In this document: in pieces, positions 11,074 through 20,732 of the stretch
How positions within the stretch are numbered: position 1 is the first letter of the stretch
Layout of the letters: every line of letters begins with the position of its first letter
The notes under the pieces: model-generated
Databases searched by the model: none
The model's input: the letters and a program-made list of their open reading frames with translations, nothing else
Told to the model about the DNA's origin: nothing
Source: an uncultured Actinomycetota bacterium
GTDB taxonomy: Bacteria > Actinomycetota > Actinomycetes > JAHEKZ01
Reading direction: 5' to 3'
Assembly: GCA_963829525.1 (NCBI GenBank)
Contig: CAWHIJ010000003.1
Span: 1,440,001 to 1,504,000, forward strand
Length of the DNA stretch: 64,000 nucleotides
Program-made: the position numbers and the translations under genes

Positions 11074-11973
11074 GTGCTCGAACTTCGACAGCTCACGGTG
11101 CTCCAGGCAATCGCCCGGGCCGGGTCACTGGCCGGCGCGGCTCGTTCGCTCCACCACAGCCAGCCAACGGTGGCCCACCACCTGGCGGCGTTGGAGTCAC
11201 ATCTCGGGGTCGATCTGGTCATCCGAAGCACGCGTGGCGCGACCCTGACCGACCTCGGTCAGCTCTTCCTCGGTCACTCAGAAGCAGTGTTGGACCGCCT
11301 GGGGTCGGCGGAAGCCGAGGTGAAGGCGCTGGCGCGGCACGGGGTGGCGACGCTGCGCATCGGAACGTTTCCGACAGCCGGCGCCCACGTGCTGCCACGT
11401 GCGGTTGCGGCACTGGAAGTGCGCACCGGGGTGCGCGTTGAGCTGCACGAGGCCGAGCCTCCTGAGTTGATCGAACGGCTCCTCGCCCGGGAGCTGCACT
11501 GTGCACTGATCTACGACGACCCGGAAGCACCGGTGCATCTGCTCGACGAGCTGAAGACTGTTCCGCTGTTCGACGACCCGTTCCGGGTCGTGCTGCCTGC
11601 CTCGCATCCGTTGGCGCGACGTAGGTCCGTCGCGATCGCTGACCTCGCCGACGACGGCTGGATGATGTCGCGCGACCCCGACGAGCCTGGGGACGCTGCT
11701 CTGCGCGCTGCCTGTGCAGCTGAAGGATTCTCCCCCCGGCCGGTGCTGCGCACCGAGGACTACGACGTCATGTTCGGCTTCGTCGCGGCAGGTGTTGGCG
11801 TCGCCCTGGTTCCGCAAATGGCATTGGTTGAGCGTGAAGGTGTGGTCGTGCGCCCGCTCGCAGGAGTGCAACTGCATCGCTCGATTCGCTTCGTCTCGTT
11901 CGCAGAGGACGCGCCACCGGCTGCGGCTGCGTTGTTCGCTGCGCTGCGTGCTGGGGTCAACGCCGCCGGCTAG
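11074..11973 (+). CDS. LysR family transcriptional regulator (divergent from decarboxylase)
   Basis: N-terminal HTH GSLAGAARSLHHSQPTVAHHLAALE; substrate-binding domain VAAGVGVALVP. Confidence 0.95.
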   Translation: MLELRQLTVLQAIARAGSLAGAARSLHHSQPTVAHHLAALESHLGVDLVIRSTRGATLTDLGQLFLGHSEAVLDRLGSAEAEVKALARHGVATLRIGTFPTAGAHVLPRAVAALEVRTGVRVELHEAEPPELIERLLARELHCALIYDDPEAPVHLLDELKTVPLFDDPFRVVLPASHPLARRRSVAIADLADDGWMMSRDPDEPGDAALRAACAAEGFSPRPVLRTEDYDVMFGFVAAGVGVALVPQMALVEREGVVVRPLAGVQLHRSIRFVSFAEDAPPAAAALFAALRAGVNAAG

Positions 11974-11995
11974 GGACCAGTGGCCGGGAGGGGTG

Positions 11996-12388
11996 CTATT
12001 GAACGACCTGTCCACCATCAGCGGTCCACGCCTCGATGCCACCTTGCAGGTCGGACATGTTGCTGAAACCGAGATCGGCCATCTCGTCGGTGGCCACTCC
12101 TGAACGGTTGCCAGTTCGGCAGTAGACAAGCGTCTCGGTCGACTCGTCGAGGTCGGCGACCCGGTCAGTGAAGTCGCTGGACTCCACATCGATGTTGATC
12201 GCCCCGGGTAGGTGTCCGGCCGCGAACTCTTGCGGTGTCCGGACGTCGAGGACGACAGCGTCGCCCTGTTCGACGATCTGTTGGGCCTCTGCCACGTCCA
12301 CGTCGGTGATCGCGTCCGAACTGGTGCTGCATCCAGCGAGCAGGAGAGCGGCCACGGCTACGGGTGCGAGCCAGGTGGGCAACCTCAT
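11996..12388 (-). CDS. Rhodanese-like domain lipoprotein
   Basis: Lipobox LLAGC; LDVRTPQEFAAGHLPGA; active-site YCRTGNRS; LQGGIEAW. Confidence 0.9.
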   Translation of the reverse strand: MRLPTWLAPVAVAALLLAGCSTSSDAITDVDVAEAQQIVEQGDAVVLDVRTPQEFAAGHLPGAINIDVESSDFTDRVADLDESTETLVYCRTGNRSGVATDEMADLGFSNMSDLQGGIEAWTADGGQVVQ

Positions 12389-12415
12389 TCTGAGTCCCTT
12401 CGTCGACCCAGGAAG

Positions 12416-12433
12416 TATACCCCAGGGGGTATA
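12416..12433. promoter_or_regulatory. CsoR/CstR/RicR-type operator palindrome
   Basis: TATACCCC-AG-GGGGTATA, perfect 8-bp arms, matches TACCC-N4-GGGTA; ends 28 bp upstream of the rhodanese ATG. Confidence 0.7.
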
Positions 12434-12448
12434 TGAGTTGCCAGTCAC

Positions 12449-13156
12449 TCAAGCGTCGGTGGCGGGTGCGTCCTGACTGGTGAGGGTGGCTCCGGTTCCA
12501 CCTGCTCGGTCAACGAGTCGCAGCCCGTACCCGACCGATGGGCCGATCAGCACGGCAAATGCGACCGTGCCGATACCCACGGTGCCCCCGAGCGCCCAGC
12601 CGGCCGCGAGGACCGTGACCTCGATCAATGCCCGGACTGCTGCGATAGGGACGCCGGTTCTCTGATGCACGCCCGTCATCCAGCCGTCCCTGGGGCCTGG
12701 GCCGAGCCCACAGGTGAGGTACAGGCCGCTACCCACCCCGATCAGGGCGATCCCGCCGAGCACCTCGGCCACCTGCCATCCGACTGCATCGGGGTGAGGA
12801 AGCAGCGGGGCGGTGACGCCCAGTGCCAGCGCGATGATGACGGCGTTGGCCAGGGTGCCCAGACCAGGGCGTTCCCGGAGGGGGATCCAGAGCAGGAGGA
12901 CGGCCAGACTGATCAAGAACGTCGCCCAGCCGATGCCGATGCCGGTCTGCTCGTAGACGCCTTCGGCAAGAACCGTCCAGGGGCTGACTCCAAGCTGCGA
13001 GTCGACGAGGAGCGCCTCTCCGGTGCCGAAGATCCACAGTCCGATGACGAGGATCGTGAAGGTCGATGGCGATGCCTTCCACCTGGACGCGGCCCGCCAC
13101 CGGGTGACCGGCACTGTTCGGGCGGGCGCAAGCCAGCGTCGAAGGGTGGGGATCAC
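12449..13156 (-). CDS. YczE/YyaS/YitT family membrane protein
   Basis: LGVSPWTVL, RERPGLGTLAN, LGPGPRDGWMTG, GGTVGIGT. Confidence 0.85.
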   Translation of the reverse strand: MIPTLRRWLAPARTVPVTRWRAASRWKASPSTFTILVIGLWIFGTGEALLVDSQLGVSPWTVLAEGVYEQTGIGIGWATFLISLAVLLLWIPLRERPGLGTLANAVIIALALGVTAPLLPHPDAVGWQVAEVLGGIALIGVGSGLYLTCGLGPGPRDGWMTGVHQRTGVPIAAVRALIEVTVLAAGWALGGTVGIGTVAFAVLIGPSVGYGLRLVDRAGGTGATLTSQDAPATDA

Positions 13157-13215
13157 GTGGCAACCCTATGAGCGGTATCTGCCCGCGGCCGCCCGGCCAG
13201 CGCCAAGATGGGTCC

Positions 13216-14841
13216 ATGCAGCAGGCACGCGTGCGCATCTTCGGTAACGGGGCGGTCTTCACGGGAGCTCGTCAAAGACCGTGGACGGAGGCCGTGGCGG
13301 TCCGAGGGGCAGATGTGCTGGGCGTCGGCGACCTGGCAGACCTGCGTGAGGCATGGCCGGTCGCCGAGGATGTGGACCTCGGCGGCGGGACGCTGCTCCC
13401 AGGACTGATAGACGCGCACAATCACTTCCTGTCGACGGGGGAGTCATTGGCCTCGTTGGACCTTCGCTACCCAGGAGTCGACTCACCCGATGCTTTGTTG
13501 CGAGTCGTGCGCGATGCCGCTGCTGCCGCTGACCAAGGCGAGGCGATTGTTGGCTTCGGCTTCGACAACGGCAAGTACTCGCTTCCCACGCTCGCGGAGC
13601 TGGACAACGCAGCCGGCGACCATCCGCTGAGGTTCTTCCACACGTCCGGTCACAACGTCTTGGTCAACTCAGTTGTGCTGGCCCGGTGCGGTGTTGAGGA
13701 AGAGACACCCGACCCGTCCGGGGGGCGCTTCGTGCGTGACGCCGACGGCAGGCTGACCGGACTTTGTCTGGATGCCGCTTGCGGAGCGGTCGTGCCGACC
13801 GAGGTCGACATCGGTTCGCACGGTCCGAACTTCCACACCAGGGCGTCCCTGGACGATCTCGTCGGTGCCGTCGACAGGGCTAGTAGGGCCTTCCTCGCGG
13901 CCGGGCTGACCTGCGTTGCGGACGCTCAGGTCACCTCGCGCGAGCTGCGTGCCTACCGCGAGGCACGAAGTCGGGGTTTGCTCGGCGTTCGCACCGTTTG
14001 CATGCCGCTGTCACACCAGCTCGATGAGTTCGCAGCGGTGGGGCTGGTCGGCCCGTTCGGGGACGACCACCTCTCGATCGGGCACCTAAAGATCTATGCC
14101 GACGGAAGTTTGACTGGAGGGACGGCCGCATTCAGTTCTGATGCCGGCGTCAAGGGTCAGGAGGCATCGTACTTCCACGAGCCGGCGCGTTTGGTCGCCT
14201 TGATCGAGCACGCATGGGGGCAAGGATGGCGGATCGGCGTCCATGCGCAGGGGGACGAGGCGATCGACCATGTTCTGATCGGGTTCGAAAGGGCGATGGT
14301 TACCTCGCCACGTACCGATGCTCGGCCGCGTATCGAGCATGCTGGTCTTCCGCGTTCTGAGGGCATTGAGCGGATGTCCCGGCTTGGAGTGATCACTGTC
14401 AACCAGCCGTCATACCTGTACGACTTCGGCGACGAGTACGCGGTGTCGCTCGGCGGCTTGGCTGATGAGATGCAGCCGTGGCGCGATGAGTTGGACGCCG
14501 GAGTGCGGGTCGTCATCAGCAGCGACTCCGACGTGTCGAGCTACCGCCCACTGTCCACGATCGGTCATGCCATGCAACGTCGAACGATGAGTGGTCGAGT
14601 CATGGGGGAGCGGCACAGGCTCACACTCGATGAGGCACTGTATGCGCACACCATCGATGCCGCCTATGCCATTGGGCTGGAGCACCGCATCGGGTCGCTG
14701 GAGCCGGGCAAGGCCGCTGACCTCACCTGGCTGTCATCGGATCTCCGTGAGGTCACGGCCGATGACGTCGCCAAAGTGGACGTCGTTGCGACGTTTGTCA
14801 ACGGTGTTGCTGGTCCGACGTCGTCTGATGGCCGGGGTTAA
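13216..14841 (+). CDS. Amidohydrolase 3 (YtcJ-like) family protein
   Basis: LLPGLIDAHNH, KIYADGSL, VHAQGD, RIEHA, SSD, IGSLEPGKAADL. Confidence 0.9.
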   Translation: MQQARVRIFGNGAVFTGARQRPWTEAVAVRGADVLGVGDLADLREAWPVAEDVDLGGGTLLPGLIDAHNHFLSTGESLASLDLRYPGVDSPDALLRVVRDAAAAADQGEAIVGFGFDNGKYSLPTLAELDNAAGDHPLRFFHTSGHNVLVNSVVLARCGVEEETPDPSGGRFVRDADGRLTGLCLDAACGAVVPTEVDIGSHGPNFHTRASLDDLVGAVDRASRAFLAAGLTCVADAQVTSRELRAYREARSRGLLGVRTVCMPLSHQLDEFAAVGLVGPFGDDHLSIGHLKIYADGSLTGGTAAFSSDAGVKGQEASYFHEPARLVALIEHAWGQGWRIGVHAQGDEAIDHVLIGFERAMVTSPRTDARPRIEHAGLPRSEGIERMSRLGVITVNQPSYLYDFGDEYAVSLGGLADEMQPWRDELDAGVRVVISSDSDVSSYRPLSTIGHAMQRRTMSGRVMGERHRLTLDEALYAHTIDAAYAIGLEHRIGSLEPGKAADLTWLSSDLREVTADDVAKVDVVATFVNGVAGPTSSDGRG

Positions 14842-15203
14842 GCTCCACTCCCACCGACGAGGAGGGTGGCCGCGATGATGAGACCAAACATGACTTCGAC
14901 TGCGACAACGGCGAAGATCGTGGTCAGCACGAAGGACCAGTCGTGACGTCGGGCGATTGCCAAGTAACCCAGCCCGAATGACATGACCAGCAATGCGAGG
15001 GCGATCAGAGGCAGCAGGAAGGGGCCGAGGACGGACTCATCGGTCACCAGGCCGTCCAGGGCCGACCAGTAGAACGGATAGAGCCCGGTGATCAGCAGCA
15101 GGATCAGAGACCACCATCCAACCCCGGTTGTTGGAAGGATCGGAGCCTTGACGGTGGGTGGCGGGGAACGGTGCCAGTGCGGAGCGTAGATCGCGGCGGG
15201 CAT
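14838..15203 (-). CDS. Hypothetical membrane protein (about 3 TM)
   Basis: Hydrophobic ORF, LPTTGVGWWSL; no family recognised. Confidence 0.6.
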   Translation of the reverse strand: MPAAIYAPHWHRSPPPTVKAPILPTTGVGWWSLILLLITGLYPFYWSALDGLVTDESVLGPFLLPLIALALLVMSFGLGYLAIARRHDWSFVLTTIFAVVAVEVMFGLIIAATLLVGGSGA

Positions 15204-15341
15204 AGCCATCACCTCCCGAGGCGGCGTTTGGCAGGACACCAGCAGACGCCTCCACGCTCATTGCACCGCAACGGAGTCGGTGGGCACAGTGCCGAAGGTC
15301 CATGGGTCTGTCGCACGGTCCGTAACGGTGCCGTAACGGGT

Positions 15342-16553
15342 ATGCAGGAGCATGATCCCTATCGAGAGGTGGAAGGAGAGCCGGTGCCTCAGGCCTCGCC
15401 GCACCTTCGTGACGGGTGGTCCAAGCTGGCGACCCGTCGGGCCGTATGGATGTTGCTCGCGCTGAACCTGGTGGCGGCCGTTGCTATCGCGGTGGTCTCT
15501 GTGGCTTCTGACAGTGCATCCAACGTCATCGCTCTGTTGCTGCCGCTGACCTTTGTCGCGATCGGCGGTCTCGTAACGCTCCGGCAGACGGGCAACGGGG
15601 AGGCGTGGATCCTCCTGGCGATTGCGACGTCATGGTCGTTCGCTCTCCTGAACCCTCTCGATGGATCGTGGGTTCCGGCCGTCATGCTGATGACCACCCA
15701 GTTGCTCCTGAGGTTCCCCGATGGTCAACTGCCGTCGTTGCGCTGGCGGTGGTTCTCCGCATTGACGATCATCTTGATCCCGGTTCTGACTTTCGTCGTG
15801 AGCTGCGGGGGCACGCTTCGCGAGGATGGGACGTCGAACCCCTACTACCTGCCGTGGGTAAGCCATCTGTTGGTACTGATGGTTCTGCTGCCGGTGGTGA
15901 TGGTTGCCAGTGCTGCGAGTCTGGTGGTGCGGTACCGGACTGCCGCACGTCTGCAACGTGAGCAGATCCGATGGCTGGCCTGGTCCGGCTCGGTTGTCGT
16001 TGTCTTGTACATCGTCACCCTCGCAACGTCGCTCTGGTTCGACTCTGATCACCAAGTCGACAGTTCGTCATCATCTTGGTTCGCTGGTAACTACCCGCTG
16101 TGGCTGAACCTGCTCCAACTGTGTGCGCTCTTGTCCTTCCTGCTGATTCCTGCCGCCATCGGGGTAGCTATCTTGAGGTACCGCCTGTACGAGATCGACC
16201 GCCTGATCAGTCGCACCGTGTCTTATGGCCTCGTAACAGGGCTCGTTGTTGCCACCTACGTGGTGGTCGTCACCTTGATCTCAAGGCTCGCCCCGGCGTC
16301 ATCCAGTCTGGCTACGGCGGCAGCTACATTGACGGCTGCAGCGATCTTTCGTCCATTGCTGCGCGGGGTTCAGAAGGTGGTGGACCGACGGTTCAATCGC
16401 GCCAGCTACGACTCCGCCCAAACGGTGGAGGACTTTGGGGAGAGTCTGCGCCACGAGGTGGACACTGACCGGATCTCGGTGGGGCTGGCTGCCGCAGTGC
16501 AGCAGTCCCTGGAGCCGCAATCGCTGACGATCTGGCTACGGAACTCTCCATGA
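15342..16553 (+). CDS. Polytopic membrane protein resembling the TM input region of actinobacterial sensor kinases, without a kinase domain
   Basis: LLRFPDGQLPSLRWRW, REQIRWL, IGVAILRYRLYEIDRLISRT, VDRRFNRASYD; ends after LEPQSLTIWL. Confidence 0.75.
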   Translation: MQEHDPYREVEGEPVPQASPHLRDGWSKLATRRAVWMLLALNLVAAVAIAVVSVASDSASNVIALLLPLTFVAIGGLVTLRQTGNGEAWILLAIATSWSFALLNPLDGSWVPAVMLMTTQLLLRFPDGQLPSLRWRWFSALTIILIPVLTFVVSCGGTLREDGTSNPYYLPWVSHLLVLMVLLPVVMVASAASLVVRYRTAARLQREQIRWLAWSGSVVVVLYIVTLATSLWFDSDHQVDSSSSSWFAGNYPLWLNLLQLCALLSFLLIPAAIGVAILRYRLYEIDRLISRTVSYGLVTGLVVATYVVVVTLISRLAPASSSLATAAATLTAAAIFRPLLRGVQKVVDRRFNRASYDSAQTVEDFGESLRHEVDTDRISVGLAAAVQQSLEPQSLTIWLRNSP

Positions 16554-16576
16554 TCGTGCTGATGATGCGATCGCTG

Positions 16577-17158
16577 CTACGGCGTCCGGCCCACACCTTC
16601 GTGGAAGTCGGGGTCGTCGGCGACCGGCGGCCACTGGTACTGGTGGCCCAACTCCTCGCCCCACTTGGTGGCACGGTCGCTCTCGCCCTCAAGCAGGCTT
16701 GAGTGCCGATCGACGAGGAAGCTCTCGGGGTGGGAAACCATCGTGAAGCCGCGCTTGCTGAGCCTGTGGCTGATTCCACGAGAGGCGCGCCCAGTCAGGA
16801 TCGCCGTCGTGTCTATGCGGGTGTCGAAGGCTGCGGCGCGTTTGTCTACGACCGGGCCAAGTTCGTCGAACCAGTCGCGCAGACCTGGGCCTGCGGCGGC
16901 AGCGTCGAGATGCAGTGTGCCGTCCGACTTGGCCGCCGCGTCGACGGCGCTCTTGCGGGAGGTGGCCGAGGTCATGCCGTGGGCATGCGTCGGGCCGCCA
17001 ACCACTACCAGATCAGCCGAGGCCACATCCTCGTCGGTCGCGTCAGCGACCGAAACCACACTGACCTCACCGTGCACGCGCAGCCCCTCAGCAATTTGGT
17101 CGGCGAGTAGGTGCGTGTTGCCGTACATGGACTCGTAGACAATTAAACTGCGCATCAT
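16577..17158 (-). CDS. Flavodoxin family protein
   Basis: VYESMYGNT, VVGGPTHAHGM, AAAFDTR. Confidence 0.9.
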   Translation of the reverse strand: MMRSLIVYESMYGNTHLLADQIAEGLRVHGEVSVVSVADATDEDVASADLVVVGGPTHAHGMTSATSRKSAVDAAAKSDGTLHLDAAAAGPGLRDWFDELGPVVDKRAAAFDTRIDTTAILTGRASRGISHRLSKRGFTMVSHPESFLVDRHSSLLEGESDRATKWGEELGHQYQWPPVADDPDFHEGVGRTP

Positions 17159-17275
17159 GGGCCTCCCGTCCTCCTACCTCCAGCATGTGGTGTAGTCGGA
17201 TCGCGATCCAGGGTCGGACGTCCTGATCGGGCCGGCTCGAAACCTCTTGAAGGTAACGAGTGCCTGCTCGACGCC

Positions 17276-17398
17276 GTGTGCTCTTGTCGCTCGTGCTGAT
17301 TGCTGCCGCTATCGGGGTAGCTGGCGGACCGACGGTTCAATCGCGCCAGCTACGACTCTGCCCAAATGGTGGACGACTTCGGGGAGAGTCTGCGCCAC
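17276..17398 (+). pseudogene. Degenerate, internally deleted duplicate of the 3' part of gene 15342-16553
   Basis: 17276-17322 resembles about 16121-16169 and is joined to 17326-17398, which resembles about 16382-16454 (ggaccgacggttcaatcgcgccagctacgactc...ggggagagtctgcgccac). Confidence 0.8.
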
Positions 17399-17424
17399 AA
17401 CGCCTCTCACTTTGGAGTGCCCCG

Positions 17425-18858
17425 TCAGCGGCACGTTGCGCCTGAGCACCACTTCTTCTGGCTGAGGAGAGCGGCGAGCCGGGCCTGCTTGGTGGCGTAG
17501 TCGGGCTTACCCGCCACGTTGACCAGCTCGTACGGGTCGGCGGTGAGGTCGTACAGTTCCTTCCTGCCGGTTTCACGTTCGATGTACTTCATGTGGTCGG
17601 TGACGATTCCGTGATAGAGCCATGGCAGTGGATCGGACGTGGCCTTCGTGTCAGTGGCCTCGATCAGCACTCCTTTGCGGGCCACCGACGGGGTGAGGCC
17701 CCGCATCTGTGCAAGGAGCGAAAGACCATCGACACTTTCCGGGATGGGTAGCGCGGCCATCTCCATCACCGTGGGAGCGAAGTCGATTTGGGATGTGGCG
17801 TCCGGCACGCGGGCACCGGCAGGGATGCCGGGACCACGCACTATGAAAGGCACATGATTGGCGATCTCGTAGGGGGCTACCTTGCCTCCCCGAATTCGAT
17901 GCTCGCCGAGAATGTAGCCGTTGTCAGACGTGAACATCAGGTAGGTGTTGTCCAGCTCTCCAGATGCGCGCAGGGCATGGATGATCCGTATCACCTGGTC
18001 CCGAGCGCTTAACTCAGCTTCGCGGCGCTGAGCATTCTGCTCCACCAGACTCTGAATCTCAGTGGTGCTAAGCGGTGGAGGGCGCAGCGGTTTGTCGGAA
18101 ACGTTGGCCTCGTTGAAGGACGGGTCTCCGGTGCCCTGGCCGGCGAAGCGATCCACATACCTCGCGTCCACGTACGGCGATGGGTTTGTGAACCAGGAGG
18201 GGTCATCGGTACGGGGGGTACCGTCATGGGGGGCCACAAGGGACGCGTAGAGAAAGAACGGCTCAGCAGCAGGTGCGTTGCGGGTGACGAAGTCGCTGGC
18301 CAGCGCTCCTATGGTGTCGGTCTGGTAGCCGGGGAGTGATTTGTATGCCCCCGCTGGTCCCTTATCAATCCACCACGACGAGCCGGTGTACGCGTACATC
18401 CCCTTCGGCACCATCCACTCGTCCCAGCCCGGCGGAGTGTAAGGAGGGGCGTACTGATTGAAGTACTTGCCGATCAGCCCAGTGCGATAGGTCGGATCCA
18501 GCCAGGTCGCCAACGTGGAGGCGTCGTTGAACTCTCTGAAACCACCCTGAGGAGCCGTATTGCTCAACACACCGTGATTGTGGGAGTACTGCCCAGTGAG
18601 CAGAGTGGCTCGTGCCGGACAGCAAAGCGGAAACGGAGAGTAGAAGTGAGTGAAGGTGGCTCCGGCGTCGCCAATCCTTCGCTGTACCTCCGGCATAGCC
18701 ATCATGTCGTCGTACCGCGCGTCATCGAGAAGGATCAACACCACGTTGGGCGCAGGAGATTCACCCTCCAGCAGTGGCGTGACCGCCTCTGCTGGCCCAG
18801 CCAGTGAGGCAGCAAGTGTGCAAACTACAAGGCCTTGCAGAACGATACGGCGGATCAC
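17425..18858 (-). CDS. Secreted sulfatase (formylglycine type, GlcNAc-6-sulfatase-like)
   Basis: PNVVLILLDD, CCPARATLLTG (CxPxR), GKYFN, FTSDNGY, ELYDLTADPYEL; signal peptide; GTG at 18858 with GAGGAG RBS. Confidence 0.92.
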   Translation of the reverse strand: MIRRIVLQGLVVCTLAASLAGPAEAVTPLLEGESPAPNVVLILLDDARYDDMMAMPEVQRRIGDAGATFTHFYSPFPLCCPARATLLTGQYSHNHGVLSNTAPQGGFREFNDASTLATWLDPTYRTGLIGKYFNQYAPPYTPPGWDEWMVPKGMYAYTGSSWWIDKGPAGAYKSLPGYQTDTIGALASDFVTRNAPAAEPFFLYASLVAPHDGTPRTDDPSWFTNPSPYVDARYVDRFAGQGTGDPSFNEANVSDKPLRPPPLSTTEIQSLVEQNAQRREAELSARDQVIRIIHALRASGELDNTYLMFTSDNGYILGEHRIRGGKVAPYEIANHVPFIVRGPGIPAGARVPDATSQIDFAPTVMEMAALPIPESVDGLSLLAQMRGLTPSVARKGVLIEATDTKATSDPLPWLYHGIVTDHMKYIERETGRKELYDLTADPYELVNVAGKPDYATKQARLAALLSQKKWCSGATCR

Positions 18859-19406
18859 AGAAGCTCCTCGAGTCGAGCAGTTGCCGGTCGACTTCAAGTC
18901 TTTGAAGCGCGTGCGCCAGCCGCGACAGGCGTGATTCTGCTCTTGTCTCCTGTGCCAAAGCAGAAGGCGCGCCGGTCTTGATGGTCGAGTTGGCGACGCA
19001 GATTGGACGCTTTGGGTTGGCTACTTACTGGATCGCCGTAGGCTCCGACCAGCCGAGATTCCAGGCTCGCGAGATCTCGGTGCACAGCGGGCGCGCACGC
19101 TGGCGTTTAAGAACTCGGCGACTGGCCCGGCCTGCCCTACGGGCCGTGTGGCGAGTAGCTGTGCACCCTGGGGTCGCCGGTGGCGCGCCAGGACGGAGAC
19201 GGGCGGCTGATGACTTGGAGTCGCGATCTCTCCCATACTCATTGGTGATGCTTCGATGCCGCAGCGTTCCTTCCAGGTCGCGTCTTCGCGTTGTCGGATG
19301 GATACGAAGATAGGCATAGTGCCAGTGAATGGCTTGTCGTAGCCTGTTGCCCATTTCGTTTAGGGCCGATACGTTTCGACACCTCGGGCGACCTGAAGGA
19401 GTAGGC

Positions 19407-20603
19407 ATGCTACGGATCGCGCGGCGGCGTTTTGTGGGTACAGCTGAGGTTGCGGCACTCATCTTGATCGGATCCGTACTCATTCTGGCAGCGCCACCTG
19501 CGTTCGCGGCGGCTTCAGGGACGCTGGCACTGTCACTGGACCCCAACTCGAACGTGTTGGAGCCAGGCGGCAGCGTCACAGTGACGGTGCAAAACACCGA
19601 TGCCAAGAAGTCGACCACCGCGTTGAATGCCACACTGACGAATCCGACGGCATTTCAGAAGGTCGATGGTTGCTCGGGGACAGCGCTTGGTCCCGGCAAG
19701 ACCTGCCAGATCATTGTCACCAGCGTGCTGGCTTCTGTGCCGTCAGTTGACCAGACCACGACTCTCACGGTGAAGGGGAAGAAGGCCGGTACCACCAGTC
19801 CAAAGAGCGTTACGTTGGTGGTCTTTGGGAGCGGATGTCGCGTGGCCAATACTGTAACGTCGACTTCGTACACTGACCTGCAGGCAGCAATAGAAGACGC
19901 CAGCAGTGACGATGCGCTCAACATCAGAGGGACCTGCGACGGTAACTTCACCATCGACAAGAACCTGACCCTCAACGGGGTCGCAAGTGCTGGAACCCCC
20001 ACTCTTGACGCAAACCTGGTCGGCGTCACCCTGGGGATCAGCGAAACGGCCGCGGTCATCATCGACAGCCTGACGATCACAGGCGGGACCGGCGTTGGCG
20101 GGCAGGCATTGGGTGGCGGGATTGAAAACCACGGCATCCTCACGTTGAACGGTTCAGCATCGGTGTCAGGCAACATGACGTCAGTGGGTGGCGGGATCAG
20201 GAATTTCGGCACGCTCACGATGAACGACTCGTCATCCGTGACGGAAAACCGGTTTCAGGCTGGGGCTGGCATCTCAAACGAGGGCGGTAGCGTCACGATG
20301 AACGACGACTCATCCGTATCGGACAACACAGCAGAGCTGCGCGGTGCGGGCATCGGCAATGGCGGCACACTCACCATGAATGACAACGCGTCGGTATCGG
20401 GAAACAACGGAGCCGAGTTGGGCGGCGGCATCGTCAATGGGGGGACACTCACCATGAACGCCAACTCGTCGGTCTGGGGGAACAGCGCAGCGGTCGGCGG
20501 CGGCATTGTCAACTACGAAGGCATAGGCGTCTACTTCGGAGCGGTCGCCGGAGTCAACGTTTACCGCAACACCCCCGAGGATATTGTCCAGTACTCACCG
20601 TGA
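19407..20603 (+). CDS. Secreted protein with Ig-like N-terminal domain and pectin-lyase-like parallel beta-helix repeats
   Basis: Signal peptide; LQAAIEDASSDDALNIRGTC helix cap; repeated GGGI.N.GTLTMND.SSVS.N units. Confidence 0.8.
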   Translation: MLRIARRRFVGTAEVAALILIGSVLILAAPPAFAAASGTLALSLDPNSNVLEPGGSVTVTVQNTDAKKSTTALNATLTNPTAFQKVDGCSGTALGPGKTCQIIVTSVLASVPSVDQTTTLTVKGKKAGTTSPKSVTLVVFGSGCRVANTVTSTSYTDLQAAIEDASSDDALNIRGTCDGNFTIDKNLTLNGVASAGTPTLDANLVGVTLGISETAAVIIDSLTITGGTGVGGQALGGGIENHGILTLNGSASVSGNMTSVGGGIRNFGTLTMNDSSSVTENRFQAGAGISNEGGSVTMNDDSSVSDNTAELRGAGIGNGGTLTMNDNASVSGNNGAELGGGIVNGGTLTMNANSSVWGNSAAVGGGIVNYEGIGVYFGAVAGVNVYRNTPEDIVQYSP

Positions 20604-20732
20604 CGACCACGGTGTTCGAACCTCCGGAATCACCCGCCTCTGACCTCAAGGGAAGTATCGATTCACTCTGATGGCGCTGGTTCGCTCCTCTTCGGAGCGA
20701 AGGGCTCCTCGTGTGGGGTGCGCGATCGGGGG

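Noticed and set aside
18900-19400. Long intergenic gap with short ORFs and a small hairpin (ccgagat...atctcgg)
   Set aside because: No recognisable riboswitch, RNA gene or protein motif
20100-20520. Periodic ~75-bp repeats that could suggest an array
   Set aside because: In-frame beta-helix protein repeats, not CRISPR; there are no unique spacers
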